Made by a program: the position numbers and the translations under genes
Source of the DNA: Thermoanaerobaculia bacterium
Lineage (GTDB): Bacteria; Acidobacteriota; Thermoanaerobaculia; UBA5066; Gp7-AA6
Assembly: GCA_040879385.1 (NCBI GenBank)
Contig: JBBDKM010000013.1
Location: 100,358 to 164,357 of the forward strand
Reading direction: 5' to 3'
Length of the DNA: 64,000 nucleotides
Shown: positions 9,425 through 17,935 of the stretch, one piece after another
Position numbering within the stretch: position 1 is the stretch's first letter
How the letters are laid out: every line of letters begins with the position of its first letter
The notes under the pieces: model-generated
The model's database searches: none
The model's input: only the letters and a program-made list of their open reading frames with translations
What the model was told of the DNA's origin: nothing

Positions 9425-10262
9425 GGTACGAAGACCGCACGAACGGCCCGCTGAAGACGTGCCGGAAGCCGAGCGCCTCGCCGGCCTCGCGGTATCGGAC
9501 GAAGACCTCGGGCGCGACGTACTCGACGACCGGGAGGTTCTCCCGCGACGGCTGCAGATACTGCCCGATCGTCACGATGTCGACGGCCGCCTCCCGCAGC
9601 CGCTCGAGCAGCGCGAGAACCTCCGGCTCGCGCTCCCCCAGGCCGAGCATGAAGCCCGACTTGGTCGTGAGCGACGGGTCGAGGCGCCTGGCCTCCACCA
9701 GCAGGCCGAGCGACCGGTCCAGGTGCGCGCCGCGCCGGACCCGGGTGTAGAGCCGGGGCACCGTCTCCACGTTGTGGTTGAAGACGTCGGGTGAGGCGGC
9801 GATCACGACGGCGAGGGCGTCGAGATTCCCCCGGAAGTCCGGCGTGAGGACTTCGATGCCGGGGCGAGGGTCGAGCGACCGCACGGCCCGGATCGTCTCC
9901 GAAAAGTGCGCGGCGCCGCCGTCCGGCAGGTCGTCGCGATCCACCGAGGTCAGCACGACGAATTGCAGCCCCATCTCGCGGACCGCCGCCCGGACACGGG
10001 AGGGCTCCAGCGGGTCGACGGGCAGGGGCTTTCCGTTCGCGATGTCGCAGAAGCCGCAGGCCCGCGTGCAGACGTCGCCCAGAAGCAGGAAGGTGGCCGT
10101 TCCGCGGGCGAAGCACTCGCCACGGTTGGGGCACCGCGCCTCTTCGCACACGGTGCGGAGCGAGTGCGCCCGCATGAGACTCTTGACGGCATGGAGGTCG
10201 GAGAGCCGGAGCTTGCGTTCCCGGATCCACGCGGGGGCGAAAGGCGCAGGCGTCGCGGTCAT
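9387..10262 (-). CDS. lipA: lipoyl synthase
   Basis: CEEARCPNRGEC and radical-SAM CTRACGFCDI cysteine clusters. Typical length. Confidence 0.95.
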   Translation of the reverse strand: MTATPAPFAPAWIRERKLRLSDLHAVKSLMRAHSLRTVCEEARCPNRGECFARGTATFLLLGDVCTRACGFCDIANGKPLPVDPLEPSRVRAAVREMGLQFVVLTSVDRDDLPDGGAAHFSETIRAVRSLDPRPGIEVLTPDFRGNLDALAVVIAASPDVFNHNVETVPRLYTRVRRGAHLDRSLGLLVEARRLDPSLTTKSGFMLGLGEREPEVLALLERLREAAVDIVTIGQYLQPSRENLPVVEYVAPEVFVRYREAGEALGFRHVFSGPFVRSSYRAEEALSAAGGA

Positions 10263-10936
10263 TTACCGTCCGGGACGACCCAGGGGCCTTTGAGCTTCTC
10301 CTGCCGGACGAGCCGGTCGGCGACGCGCCCGGCCTCCGCCTCGGACGCGTAGGGGCCGACGCGCACCCGGTAGAGCCTGCCCTTGCCTCGGGGGTCGGCG
10401 GCCGTCAGCAGCTGGCTGGGAAAGCCGCGCCGGGAGAGCCGGCTGCTCAGCGCGCCCGCCTCCTCGCGCGAGGCGAGCGACGCCACCTGCACCCAGAACT
10501 TTCCGGAGAAAGACGCCGGGGGGGCCGGCCGGACCCTGGCCTGGGGAGGCGCGGAAGCTTTTCCGGGAGAAGCCTCGGCCAGGGGCGAGGCCTCGTAGGA
10601 GGAGGACCCGTCGTCAAAGGGCTCGAGTGTCGAGGGCGCCGGTGCCTCAGCCGGAGGCGGAGTCGCCGCCAGGGCTCCCCCCGCCAATTCCGTTCGGGAT
10701 CCCAGGGAGGCTGAGGCCGTCGGGACGGCCGTCTCGATCGGGGGCAGCTGCAACTGCTCGGGCACGGGCGAATCCCCGGCGGGAAGCGGAGCTTCTCGGA
10801 CGGTGTCACGCCCCGCCAGGCCGGTCTTCAGCCCGAAAAAGTAAGCCACTCCGAGCGCCGCCAGGAGCCCGACGAACAGGCCGACGGCCTGCCGCGCGGT
10901 CAGCGAGACCTGGTAGTGCGTGCGTGGCCCTTCCAC
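10259..10936 (-). CDS. SPOR domain membrane protein
   Basis: N-terminal TM, Pro/Ala linker, C-terminal SPOR-like FWVQVASLASREEAGALSSRLSRRGF...YRVRVGPYASEAEA. ATGA overlap with the lipA start. Confidence 0.8.
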   Translation of the reverse strand: MEGPRTHYQVSLTARQAVGLFVGLLAALGVAYFFGLKTGLAGRDTVREAPLPAGDSPVPEQLQLPPIETAVPTASASLGSRTELAGGALAATPPPAEAPAPSTLEPFDDGSSSYEASPLAEASPGKASAPPQARVRPAPPASFSGKFWVQVASLASREEAGALSSRLSRRGFPSQLLTAADPRGKGRLYRVRVGPYASEAEAGRVADRLVRQEKLKGPWVVPDGK

Positions 10937-10987
10937 GGGGCCAGTGTAGCGGTCCGGCGAGGCGCTGTCAGCCCGTTTTCGGCGGCT

Positions 10988-11752
10988 TCATTTGCCCCGG
11001 TTCAGGAATGCCGAGATCAAATCGATCGGCAGGGGAAACACGATCGTCGAGTTCTTCTCATTCGCGATCTCGGTCAGAGTCTGCAGATAGCGCAGCTGGA
11101 GCGTGGCCGGCTGTTGGCCGATGATCTCGGCCGCCCTGGAAAGCTGCGTGGCGGCCTGGAACTCGCCTTCCGCGTGAATGATCTTCGCCCGCTTCTCGCG
11201 CTCGGCCTCGGCCTGCTTGGCCATGGCGCGCTGCATCTCGGGCGGCAGGTCGACCTGCTTGACCTCCACCATGGAGACCTTGATTCCCCAGGGCTGGGTG
11301 TGCTCGTCGATGACCTTCTGGAGGTCCAGGTTCAGCTTCTCGCGCTCGGAGAGCAGCTCGTCGAGGAGGGCCTGCCCCAGGACGCTGCGCAGCGTCGTCT
11401 GCGCCAGCTGCGAAGTCGCGTACAGATAGTTCTCGACCTGCACGACCGCCTTTTCCGGCTCGACGACCCGGAAATAGACGACGGCGTTCACCTTCACCGA
11501 GACGTTGTCCTTCGTGATGATGTCCTGTGACGGCACGTCGTGCACGACCGTGCGCAGCGACATCCGCACCATCCGCTCGAAGGGCCAGAAGATGAGCACG
11601 AGGCCCGGGCCCTTGGGGCGCTTGCCCAGCCGGCCGAGCCAGAACGTGACCGCCCGCTCGTACTCGTTCAGGACGTTGATCCACTTGAAAACGAAGATCA
11701 GGAGAATGAACCCCGCGACCAGAAGCCCCGGCATCGAAATGACGTTGCTCAT
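10988..11752 (-). CDS. SPFH/band-7 (stomatin-like) protein
   Basis: N-terminal TM then an SPFH core ([24 protein letters not shown]...) and a coiled [16 protein letters not shown] tail. Confidence 0.9.
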   Translation of the reverse strand: MSNVISMPGLLVAGFILLIFVFKWINVLNEYERAVTFWLGRLGKRPKGPGLVLIFWPFERMVRMSLRTVVHDVPSQDIITKDNVSVKVNAVVYFRVVEPEKAVVQVENYLYATSQLAQTTLRSVLGQALLDELLSEREKLNLDLQKVIDEHTQPWGIKVSMVEVKQVDLPPEMQRAMAKQAEAEREKRAKIIHAEGEFQAATQLSRAAEIIGQQPATLQLRYLQTLTEIANEKNSTIVFPLPIDLISAFLNRGK

Positions 11753-13050
11753 CCGTTCCTCCGTTCGACGTAAAGAGTCATCCCCTCGACCCGGGCGATT
11801 CTCACCGGCTCACCCGGCGAGAGGCCGGGCGGCCCGATCGCCTCCCAGTACTCGCCCTGGACCTGCACGCGGCCCGAGCCGCGCGGCGGCACGAAACCGT
11901 CCACCACGCGCGCCTCCGCCCCGATCATCGCCTCCGGGCCGGTGCGCGCCGGCGCCAGGCGGATCTGCACCGTCTTCCAGGTCAGCAGCCCCACGATCGC
12001 GAGCGTCAGCGCGAGCCCCGGCACGATGATGCCGAGGTCGACCCGATAGCCGCCGGTGCCGCCCTTGCCGGAAAAGAGCAGCAGCGAACCCGCGACGAGC
12101 GCGACCGCGCCTCCCAGAGACAGCAGGCCGTGGCTGACGACCTTGATCTCGGCCACGAAGAGGAGGATCGCGAAGAGGATCAGGCCGAGGCCCGCGAGAT
12201 TCACCGGGAGGACCGAGAACGCGTAGAGCGCCAGCAGGAGGGAGATCCCGCCCACCACACCCGGAAGGATCGCTCCGGGGGTCGACAACTCGAAGTAGAG
12301 GCCCACGAGCCCGAGCAGGAAGAGGATATAGGCGACGTTGGGATGCGAGACGACCCCGAGGATCTTCTCCATCTCCCCCATCGGGCGCTCCTCGAGCCGG
12401 AAGCCCTTCAGCGCGAGCGTCGACTCCCCTCCCCCGACCCGGGAGATCTTGCGGCCGTCCAGCTGGGCGACGAGATCGGGAACGTCGCGGGCCACGATCT
12501 CCACGAGTCCGCCTTCCCGGGCCTCGGCTTCGGTGTACGACGCGCTCTTCGACACGGCGGCCTCGGCCTTCTCCACGTTGCGGCCGCGCTGCTTCGCCAG
12601 CGTCCGGACGAAGGCGCGGGCGTCCTGCTCGGCCTTCTCCCCGAGCTTCTTCGGAAGGTCCTGCCCTTCGCCGCCGACCGGGTGCGCCGCTCCGGTATTC
12701 GTGCCGGGGGCCATGGCCGCCACGTCTCCCGAGAGGAGGAGGAAAAAGCCCGCCGAGGCCGCCTGTGCCCCGGAAGGCGACACGAACGTCACGACCGGGA
12801 CTTTCGAGAGCAGGATCGCCGAGCTCATCTCCCGCGTGGAGGCGAGGAGCCCGCCCGGCGTCGACAGGGTCAGCACGACGAGGGCGGCGTTCTGCATCTG
12901 CGCCTCCGCCAGCACTTTCTTCAGGTAGCTCGCGGAGGCGGGGTGGATTCCCGTGTCGATGCGCGCCACGACGACGAGCGGCGAAGACCTGGATGCGAGG
13001 GCGGCCGCCGCTGACAGAAAAGAAGCCGCAAGCAACGCCCGCGTGCGCAT
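11749..13050 (-). CDS. NfeD-family membrane-bound ClpP-class serine protease
   Basis: From M41 of ORF 11749..13170 (signal [19 protein letters not shown]). ClpP-like domain, multi-TM region, C-terminal OB-like NfeD domain. 4-nt overlap with the SPFH gene. Confidence 0.85.
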   Translation of the reverse strand: MRTRALLAASFLSAAAALASRSSPLVVVARIDTGIHPASASYLKKVLAEAQMQNAALVVLTLSTPGGLLASTREMSSAILLSKVPVVTFVSPSGAQAASAGFFLLLSGDVAAMAPGTNTGAAHPVGGEGQDLPKKLGEKAEQDARAFVRTLAKQRGRNVEKAEAAVSKSASYTEAEAREGGLVEIVARDVPDLVAQLDGRKISRVGGGESTLALKGFRLEERPMGEMEKILGVVSHPNVAYILFLLGLVGLYFELSTPGAILPGVVGGISLLLALYAFSVLPVNLAGLGLILFAILLFVAEIKVVSHGLLSLGGAVALVAGSLLLFSGKGGTGGYRVDLGIIVPGLALTLAIVGLLTWKTVQIRLAPARTGPEAMIGAEARVVDGFVPPRGSGRVQVQGEYWEAIGPPGLSPGEPVRIARVEGMTLYVERRNG

Positions 13051-13108
13051 CGCGGGGTGCAGTCTACCGCACCCCCGGCCGTCCCTCCCGGATCGAGCCG
13101 GGTTATAA

Positions 13109-13984
13109 GTGCGCGTGCGCATCCGGCCAACCGAGGCGATCCACTTCGCGGCGCTGGCCGTGCTCTCCATCCTCGCGGCGCTTCTCTGGGGACGCCTCGC
13201 CGCCCCCGGGGCGATGCTCCTCGGCTACGCCGGACTCGCCGCGGTCCTGCTCATGATGACCGCGCTGGCGCGGCGGCAGGACCGCCTGCCCGTCCCCCTC
13301 CAACTCCTCGTGGATTTCTATCCGGCCGCGTTCCTGCCGATCCTGTTCAATACGCTCGAGCCTCTGATCGAGGCTTCGCGGGGCGGCGCGCGGGACGACC
13401 TGCTCATCGCCGCCGACCGCGCGCTCTTCGGCGTGGACGTGACGGTCTGGATGCAGCGGCTCGTGCGCCCCTGGCTGAGCGACACGTTCTCCGTGTTCTA
13501 CACGACCTACTACTTCTTCGCCCTGACGCTCGGGTTGATCCTCTGGGGGCGCGACCGCGCGGCGGCCCGGAAATTCATCTTCGCGCTGATGGTGTGCTAC
13601 TACGTCTCGTACGCCGGATACTTCGCGATCCCGGCGCTCGGTCCGCGATTCGCGCAGGCCGGGGAGTACACGGTGTCCCTGTTGACGAGCCCCGTTTCCC
13701 GCACGATCGCCGACGGCATCAACAGCCTGGAGAAGACGAAGCTGGACGTTTTCCCCTCCGGCCACACGATGATCGCGGTGGCGGTCTTGATCGTCGCGTG
13801 GAAACGCGCGCGCGACGTGTTCTGGATCCTGCTGCCGATCGGAACCGGGCTCGTCCTCTCGACGGTCTATTGCCGCTACCACTACGTCGTCGACGTGATC
13901 GCCGGGGTGGCGCTGGCGTTCGTGGCCGTGCCGATCGGGGACCGGCTGTACGACAAGATGGTTAACTACAGGCTCTTTTCGTAG
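13109..13984 (+). CDS. PAP2_C-like integral membrane phosphotransferase/phosphatase
   Basis: Polytopic. Carries DVFPSGHT and RYHYVVDVIAG motifs (PAP2 C2 and C3), but I see no KX6RP C1 motif. This is the pattern of the sphingomyelin/IPC-synthase-like branch. Confidence 0.7.
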   Translation: MRVRIRPTEAIHFAALAVLSILAALLWGRLAAPGAMLLGYAGLAAVLLMMTALARRQDRLPVPLQLLVDFYPAAFLPILFNTLEPLIEASRGGARDDLLIAADRALFGVDVTVWMQRLVRPWLSDTFSVFYTTYYFFALTLGLILWGRDRAAARKFIFALMVCYYVSYAGYFAIPALGPRFAQAGEYTVSLLTSPVSRTIADGINSLEKTKLDVFPSGHTMIAVAVLIVAWKRARDVFWILLPIGTGLVLSTVYCRYHYVVDVIAGVALAFVAVPIGDRLYDKMVNYRLFS

Positions 13985-15111
13985 ATCCGATATGTCTTGT
14001 ACAGCCTGCCCCCCCACAGCTTCACCGCGCCGATGACGAGCTCGTTGTCCTCGAGCAGCCAGGACACCTCGGCCCCGGTGTAGCCCTTCTCGAGGAGGAA
14101 GCGGAGCGAATCGGCCATCATGATCGATTGGACGCCGCTCAAGCGGTAGGGCTTCTTGATGCCGAGCGTCACGACCCGGACGGTCCGGATCTTCCGGCGC
14201 TCCAGCAGAAACCTCAGCCAGCCGAAGGGCAGCAGGCGACCCTTCAGGGGGGCGAGGGCGGCGTTGTAGTCCGGCAGGACGAGCATGAAGGCGACGGGCT
14301 CGAGCGTCCCGTCCGGCCTCGGCGCCTCGGCGAGCCAGAGGAGCTCGGGGACGAGGAGCGGCTGGAGGCGTTTGGCCATGAAATCCATCTCGTCCGCCGT
14401 CATCGGGACGAAGCCCCAGTTCTTCTCCCACGCCTCGTTGTAGACCTCGCGGATCTTCCCGAGGTCCCGCCCGAGGCTGCTCTTCCGGACGTTGCGCACG
14501 ACGATCCCCGTCTCGCGCTTGCGGAAGCGGTCGGCAACGCGCGACAGCCGCGCGAGAGGCTTCTCCTCGAGGGGAAACCAGTACGCGAGCAGGTCGCGGG
14601 TCTTCTGGAGGCCATGCGCTTCGAGCAGCGGACCGTAGTACCGCGGGTTGTAGGTCATCATCAGGACGGGCGGTGAGCCGAAGCCGTCCACGAGGAGCCC
14701 CGCCTCGTCGTTGAGGGTCGGGTTTGTCGGCCCGCGCATGACCGTCATCTTCCGCTCGCGCCCCCAGACGGCCGCCGCCTCCAGAAGCCGGCCCGCGGTC
14801 TCCCGATCGTCCTCCGACTCGAAGAAGCCGAAGAACACGACCTTCTCCGCGTGAAAGGCGTTGTGGTTCCGGTCGAGGATGCCCGTGACCCGACCGACGT
14901 CGCGGCCTCCGCGGCGCGCGACGAAGAGCTGCATCTCCCCGTGCCGGAAGAACGGATTCTCGTCCTGGAAGACGGTTGCCAGGTCCGCCCGCAGAGGGGC
15001 GACCCGGTGGGGATCGTTTGTGTAGATGCGGTCCGCGACGTCGAAGAAACGCGAGAGGTCGCGCTTCCCGCGCCCGATCCGGTCGATCACGACTGGCCCC
15101 GCCCCGCTCAC
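13966..15111 (-). CDS. GNAT-like acyl-CoA N-acyltransferase family protein (about 380 aa), function unknown
   Basis: ORF 13966..15111. C-terminal GNAT-type region ...GYTGAEVSWLLEDNELV.... Last gene of the SDR/oxoamine-synthase operon. Confidence 0.55.
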   Translation of the reverse strand: MSGAGPVVIDRIGRGKRDLSRFFDVADRIYTNDPHRVAPLRADLATVFQDENPFFRHGEMQLFVARRGGRDVGRVTGILDRNHNAFHAEKVVFFGFFESEDDRETAGRLLEAAAVWGRERKMTVMRGPTNPTLNDEAGLLVDGFGSPPVLMMTYNPRYYGPLLEAHGLQKTRDLLAYWFPLEEKPLARLSRVADRFRKRETGIVVRNVRKSSLGRDLGKIREVYNEAWEKNWGFVPMTADEMDFMAKRLQPLLVPELLWLAEAPRPDGTLEPVAFMLVLPDYNAALAPLKGRLLPFGWLRFLLERRKIRTVRVVTLGIKKPYRLSGVQSIMMADSLRFLLEKGYTGAEVSWLLEDNELVIGAVKLWGGRLYKTYRIYEKSL

Positions 15112-15136
15112 CGCGCCTCCGGCCTCCCCGGCGGGG

Positions 15137-16393
15137 TCAGACTCGGCCCGCTCCCACCAGACCGACTTCGCGGCCGACCTTTTCGAACGCCTCGAGGGCG
15201 CGGACGAGCTGTTCCTGGTTGTGGGTCGCCATGAGCGAGGTCCGGATCAGGGCCCGGCCCGGAGGGGTCGCCGGCGACAGGACGCAGTTGACGAAGATGC
15301 CCTCTTCCTGGAGGCGGTGAACCATCCGGAGGGCGGTCAGGTCCTCTCCCACGACGACGGGCACGACCGGCGTGCGCGAGTCGCCCGTGTCGAACCCGAG
15401 CGAACGCAGGCCGTCGGCGAAGAAGCGGGTGTTCTCCCAGAGCCGCTCGCGCCGCTGCGGCTCCCGGTCCATGATCTCGACGGTGGCCAGGGCGGCGGCG
15501 GCCGAAGCCGGCGGCGGCGCCGCGGAGAAGATGAGCGTGCGCGCCCGGTGCTTGATGTAGTCGATCACGGTGGCGTTACCGGCGATGAACCCTCCCACCG
15601 AGGCCATCGACTTGGAAAAGGTGCCCATGATGAGGTCCACGTCGTGCTCGAGGCCGAAGTGCTCGGCCGTCCCGCGGCCGGTCTTGCCGAGGACGCCGAT
15701 GCCGTGGGCGTCGTCGACCATGACTCCCGAGGCGAACTCCCGGGCCACGGAGAGGATATCGGGCAGCGGGGCGATGTCGCCTTCCATCGAGAAGACCCCG
15801 TCGATGACGACGAGGCGGCCCTTCGCCTCACTGTCGTTGCGCATCTGGCGGCGCAGGTCCGCCGGGTCGTTGTGCTTGAACCTCTTGACGTTGCCGAAGG
15901 ACAACCGCGCGCCGTCGATGATGCACGCATGGTCCTGCTTGTCGAGATAGACGGTGTCGCCCTTGCCGACGAGGCACGAGATCGCGCCCAGATTGACCTG
16001 GAACCCGGTCGAGAAGGTGACCGCCGCCTCCTGCCGCATGAACTCGGCCAGGCGCTGCTCGAGGCGCACGTGAAGGTCGAGCGTCCCGTTCAAGAAGCGG
16101 CTGCCCGCGCACCCGGATCCATACCGCCGGATCGCCTCGATCGCGGCTTCCTTGACGCGCGGGTCGTTGGTCAGGCCCAGGTAGTTGTTGGAGCCCATCA
16201 TCACCAGGCGCCGGCCTTCGATGACGACCTCCGGGTCCTGGGCGGATTCGAGGACGCGGAAGAACGAGTAGTACCCCGTCTGCCGGACGCGCGCGGCGTC
16301 CTCGTAGCGATAGCATTTCTCGAAGACCGGAGCGGTCCCCGCCGTCTCCACCCTGGCCGCCCGGGCGCTCTTGCTCATGCTCCCCCCACTCAC
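15137..16393 (-). CDS. alpha-oxoamine synthase, serine palmitoyltransferase-like
   Basis: PLP-lysine motif GTFSKS, plus SNNYLGL, DDAHGIG, RERLWENT. By recollection, collinear similarity to Sphingomonas SPT. BioF/Kbl are not excluded. Confidence 0.7.
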   Translation of the reverse strand: MSGGSMSKSARAARVETAGTAPVFEKCYRYEDAARVRQTGYYSFFRVLESAQDPEVVIEGRRLVMMGSNNYLGLTNDPRVKEAAIEAIRRYGSGCAGSRFLNGTLDLHVRLEQRLAEFMRQEAAVTFSTGFQVNLGAISCLVGKGDTVYLDKQDHACIIDGARLSFGNVKRFKHNDPADLRRQMRNDSEAKGRLVVIDGVFSMEGDIAPLPDILSVAREFASGVMVDDAHGIGVLGKTGRGTAEHFGLEHDVDLIMGTFSKSMASVGGFIAGNATVIDYIKHRARTLIFSAAPPPASAAAALATVEIMDREPQRRERLWENTRFFADGLRSLGFDTGDSRTPVVPVVVGEDLTALRMVHRLQEEGIFVNCVLSPATPPGRALIRTSLMATHNQEQLVRALEAFEKVGREVGLVGAGRV

Positions 16394-16427
16394 GGATTGG
16401 TAAACCGCGGGCGGATCTTAGCAAATT

Positions 16428-17426
16428 TTACAAAGCCGCGCCCGGGAGCCACCCGGCCCGCCGATACCAGTCCCAGACGGCCTTGAGGCCCTCGTCCAGC
16501 GGAACCGGGTCCGGCAAGCCCAGTAGCCGGCCCGTGGCCGCGCCGTCGCAGATCCAGTCGCCCGCCAGGATCTCCTTCGCCTTGTCGGCATTGAACGGCC
16601 GCGAGCGGCCAGTGAGCCGCTCGACGGCGGACTCGGCCGCGCCGAGGGCGCGCACTAGGCCGTCGGGAATCCGGATCAGCCGGGCCTTCCGGCGCGGCAG
16701 GCTCGCGATCCTGGCCGCCAGGTCCCCGACGGTCACGGGCTCGGGATCCGAGAGGAAGGCGATGCGCCCCGCCAGATCGCGCCGGGAGGCCGCGCGGGCG
16801 ACGGCGAGCGCCGCGCGCTCGGCCCCGATGAGCTGGACCCGGGTCGCCCCGGCCGGCACCGGGATCCATCCCGCCGCGGCCATCCGGAAGTAGACGAAGA
16901 GGCCCCGGTCGTAGGGGCCGTAGATGACGCCGGGCCGCAGCACGAACCAGTCCCCCTTCCAGAGCCGGGCGACCGCTTCCTCGGCTTCGCGCTTGGAGCG
17001 CCCGTACCAGGAGATCGGACGGGCCTCGTCGCCGTCGGACACCGCCCGGCCCTCGCAGGAGGGCCCGGCGGCGGCCTGGCTGGAGACGAGCAGGAACAGC
17101 GCTCCCGGCGCCGTCTTTCCCGCAGCGGATAGCAGGCGCTCGGTCCCGCGGACGTTGACCTCGCGATACTCCTCCAGCGTGCGCGCCTTGACCAGCCCTG
17201 CCACGTGCACGACGGCGTCCGCTCCGGCCACGGCAGACTCGAGCCCGCCGGCGCCGGAAGAGAGGCTCCCGGCGCTCACTTCAACGGGAAGCCCCTCCAG
17301 GAGCCCGCCGCGCGCGCGCGCGGGGTCTCTCGCCAGGATACGAACGGTCCAACCCTCGGCCACGAGCGCGCGAGCGACGTGGCCGCCGACGAAACCCGTG
17401 GCGCCCGTCAGGAACGCGATCGGCAT
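16428..17426 (-). CDS. NAD(P)-dependent extended SDR (epimerase/dehydratase family)
   Basis: GATGFVGGHV Rossmann motif and YGRSK catalytic dyad. First gene of the three-gene minus-strand operon. Confidence 0.8.
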   Translation of the reverse strand: MPIAFLTGATGFVGGHVARALVAEGWTVRILARDPARARGGLLEGLPVEVSAGSLSSGAGGLESAVAGADAVVHVAGLVKARTLEEYREVNVRGTERLLSAAGKTAPGALFLLVSSQAAAGPSCEGRAVSDGDEARPISWYGRSKREAEEAVARLWKGDWFVLRPGVIYGPYDRGLFVYFRMAAAGWIPVPAGATRVQLIGAERAALAVARAASRRDLAGRIAFLSDPEPVTVGDLAARIASLPRRKARLIRIPDGLVRALGAAESAVERLTGRSRPFNADKAKEILAGDWICDGAATGRLLGLPDPVPLDEGLKAVWDWYRRAGWLPGAAL

Positions 17427-17485
17427 GGCGAGCCTTGAATTCTATTGACTCCGCGGTCCCGCGGGACACAGCATTCCGCGATTTA

Positions 17486-17935
17486 ATGGGAATCCTTCGA
17501 GACCGGGCCGGCGCAGTGCTGTGCGCCGCTTTTTGCGTCGGCCTCGCCGGCGCCCCGCTCTCGGCGCAGGCCTCGTCCTCTCCTCCTGTCGTCGCGTATC
17601 GGATCGAGGTGGCGCTCGATCCCGTAGGCAAGTTGCTCGACGGCAGGGAGCGCCTCGTGTGGCGGAACCCCTCCGGCGACACGGTGTCCGAGCTGCGATT
17701 CCACCTCTACCTCAACGCGTTTAAGAACGACCTGTCCGTCGCACCGACGATGAACCGGGACGGCACGGTAGTTCGGCGTCCTGTGGCTCCGCTCGGTCGT
17801 CCGCGTCGCATGCTGGGGCTCCTACATCGGGTTTCTGGATGGGGTCAGGTCTTCATTCTTCGGATTTCTCGACCATGCCCCGCTGGCAGCACCAGAGCGG
17901 CTGAAATCCCGAAGAATGAAGACCTGACCCCTTAG
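17486..17935 (+). pseudogene. truncated M1-family metallopeptidase N-terminal fragment
   Basis: Signal peptide (MGILRDRAGAVLCAAFCVGLAGAPLSAQ), then YRIEVALDPVGKLLDGRERLVWRNPSGDTVSELRFHLYLNAFKN, resembling the start of secreted M1 peptidases. Similarity ends near 17728. There is no HEXXH domain, and the reading frame then runs through a hairpin. Confidence 0.45.
17841..17931. repeat. long AT-rich inverted repeat (28/29-nt arms, 34-nt loop)
   Basis: GGGGTCAGGTCTTCATTCTTCGGATTTC (17841-17868) pairs with GAAATCCCGAAGAATGAAGACCTGACCCC (17903-17931), with one bulged C. It abuts the aminotransferase stop codon. Confidence 0.85.

Noticed and set aside
13966-13984. 19-nt convergent 3' overlap (PAP2-like vs GNAT-like genes), and 46-nt overlap at 21073-21118, as possible antisense regulation
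   Set aside because: Short convergent overlaps are common in compact high-GC genomes. Nothing in the sequence indicates a regulatory role.
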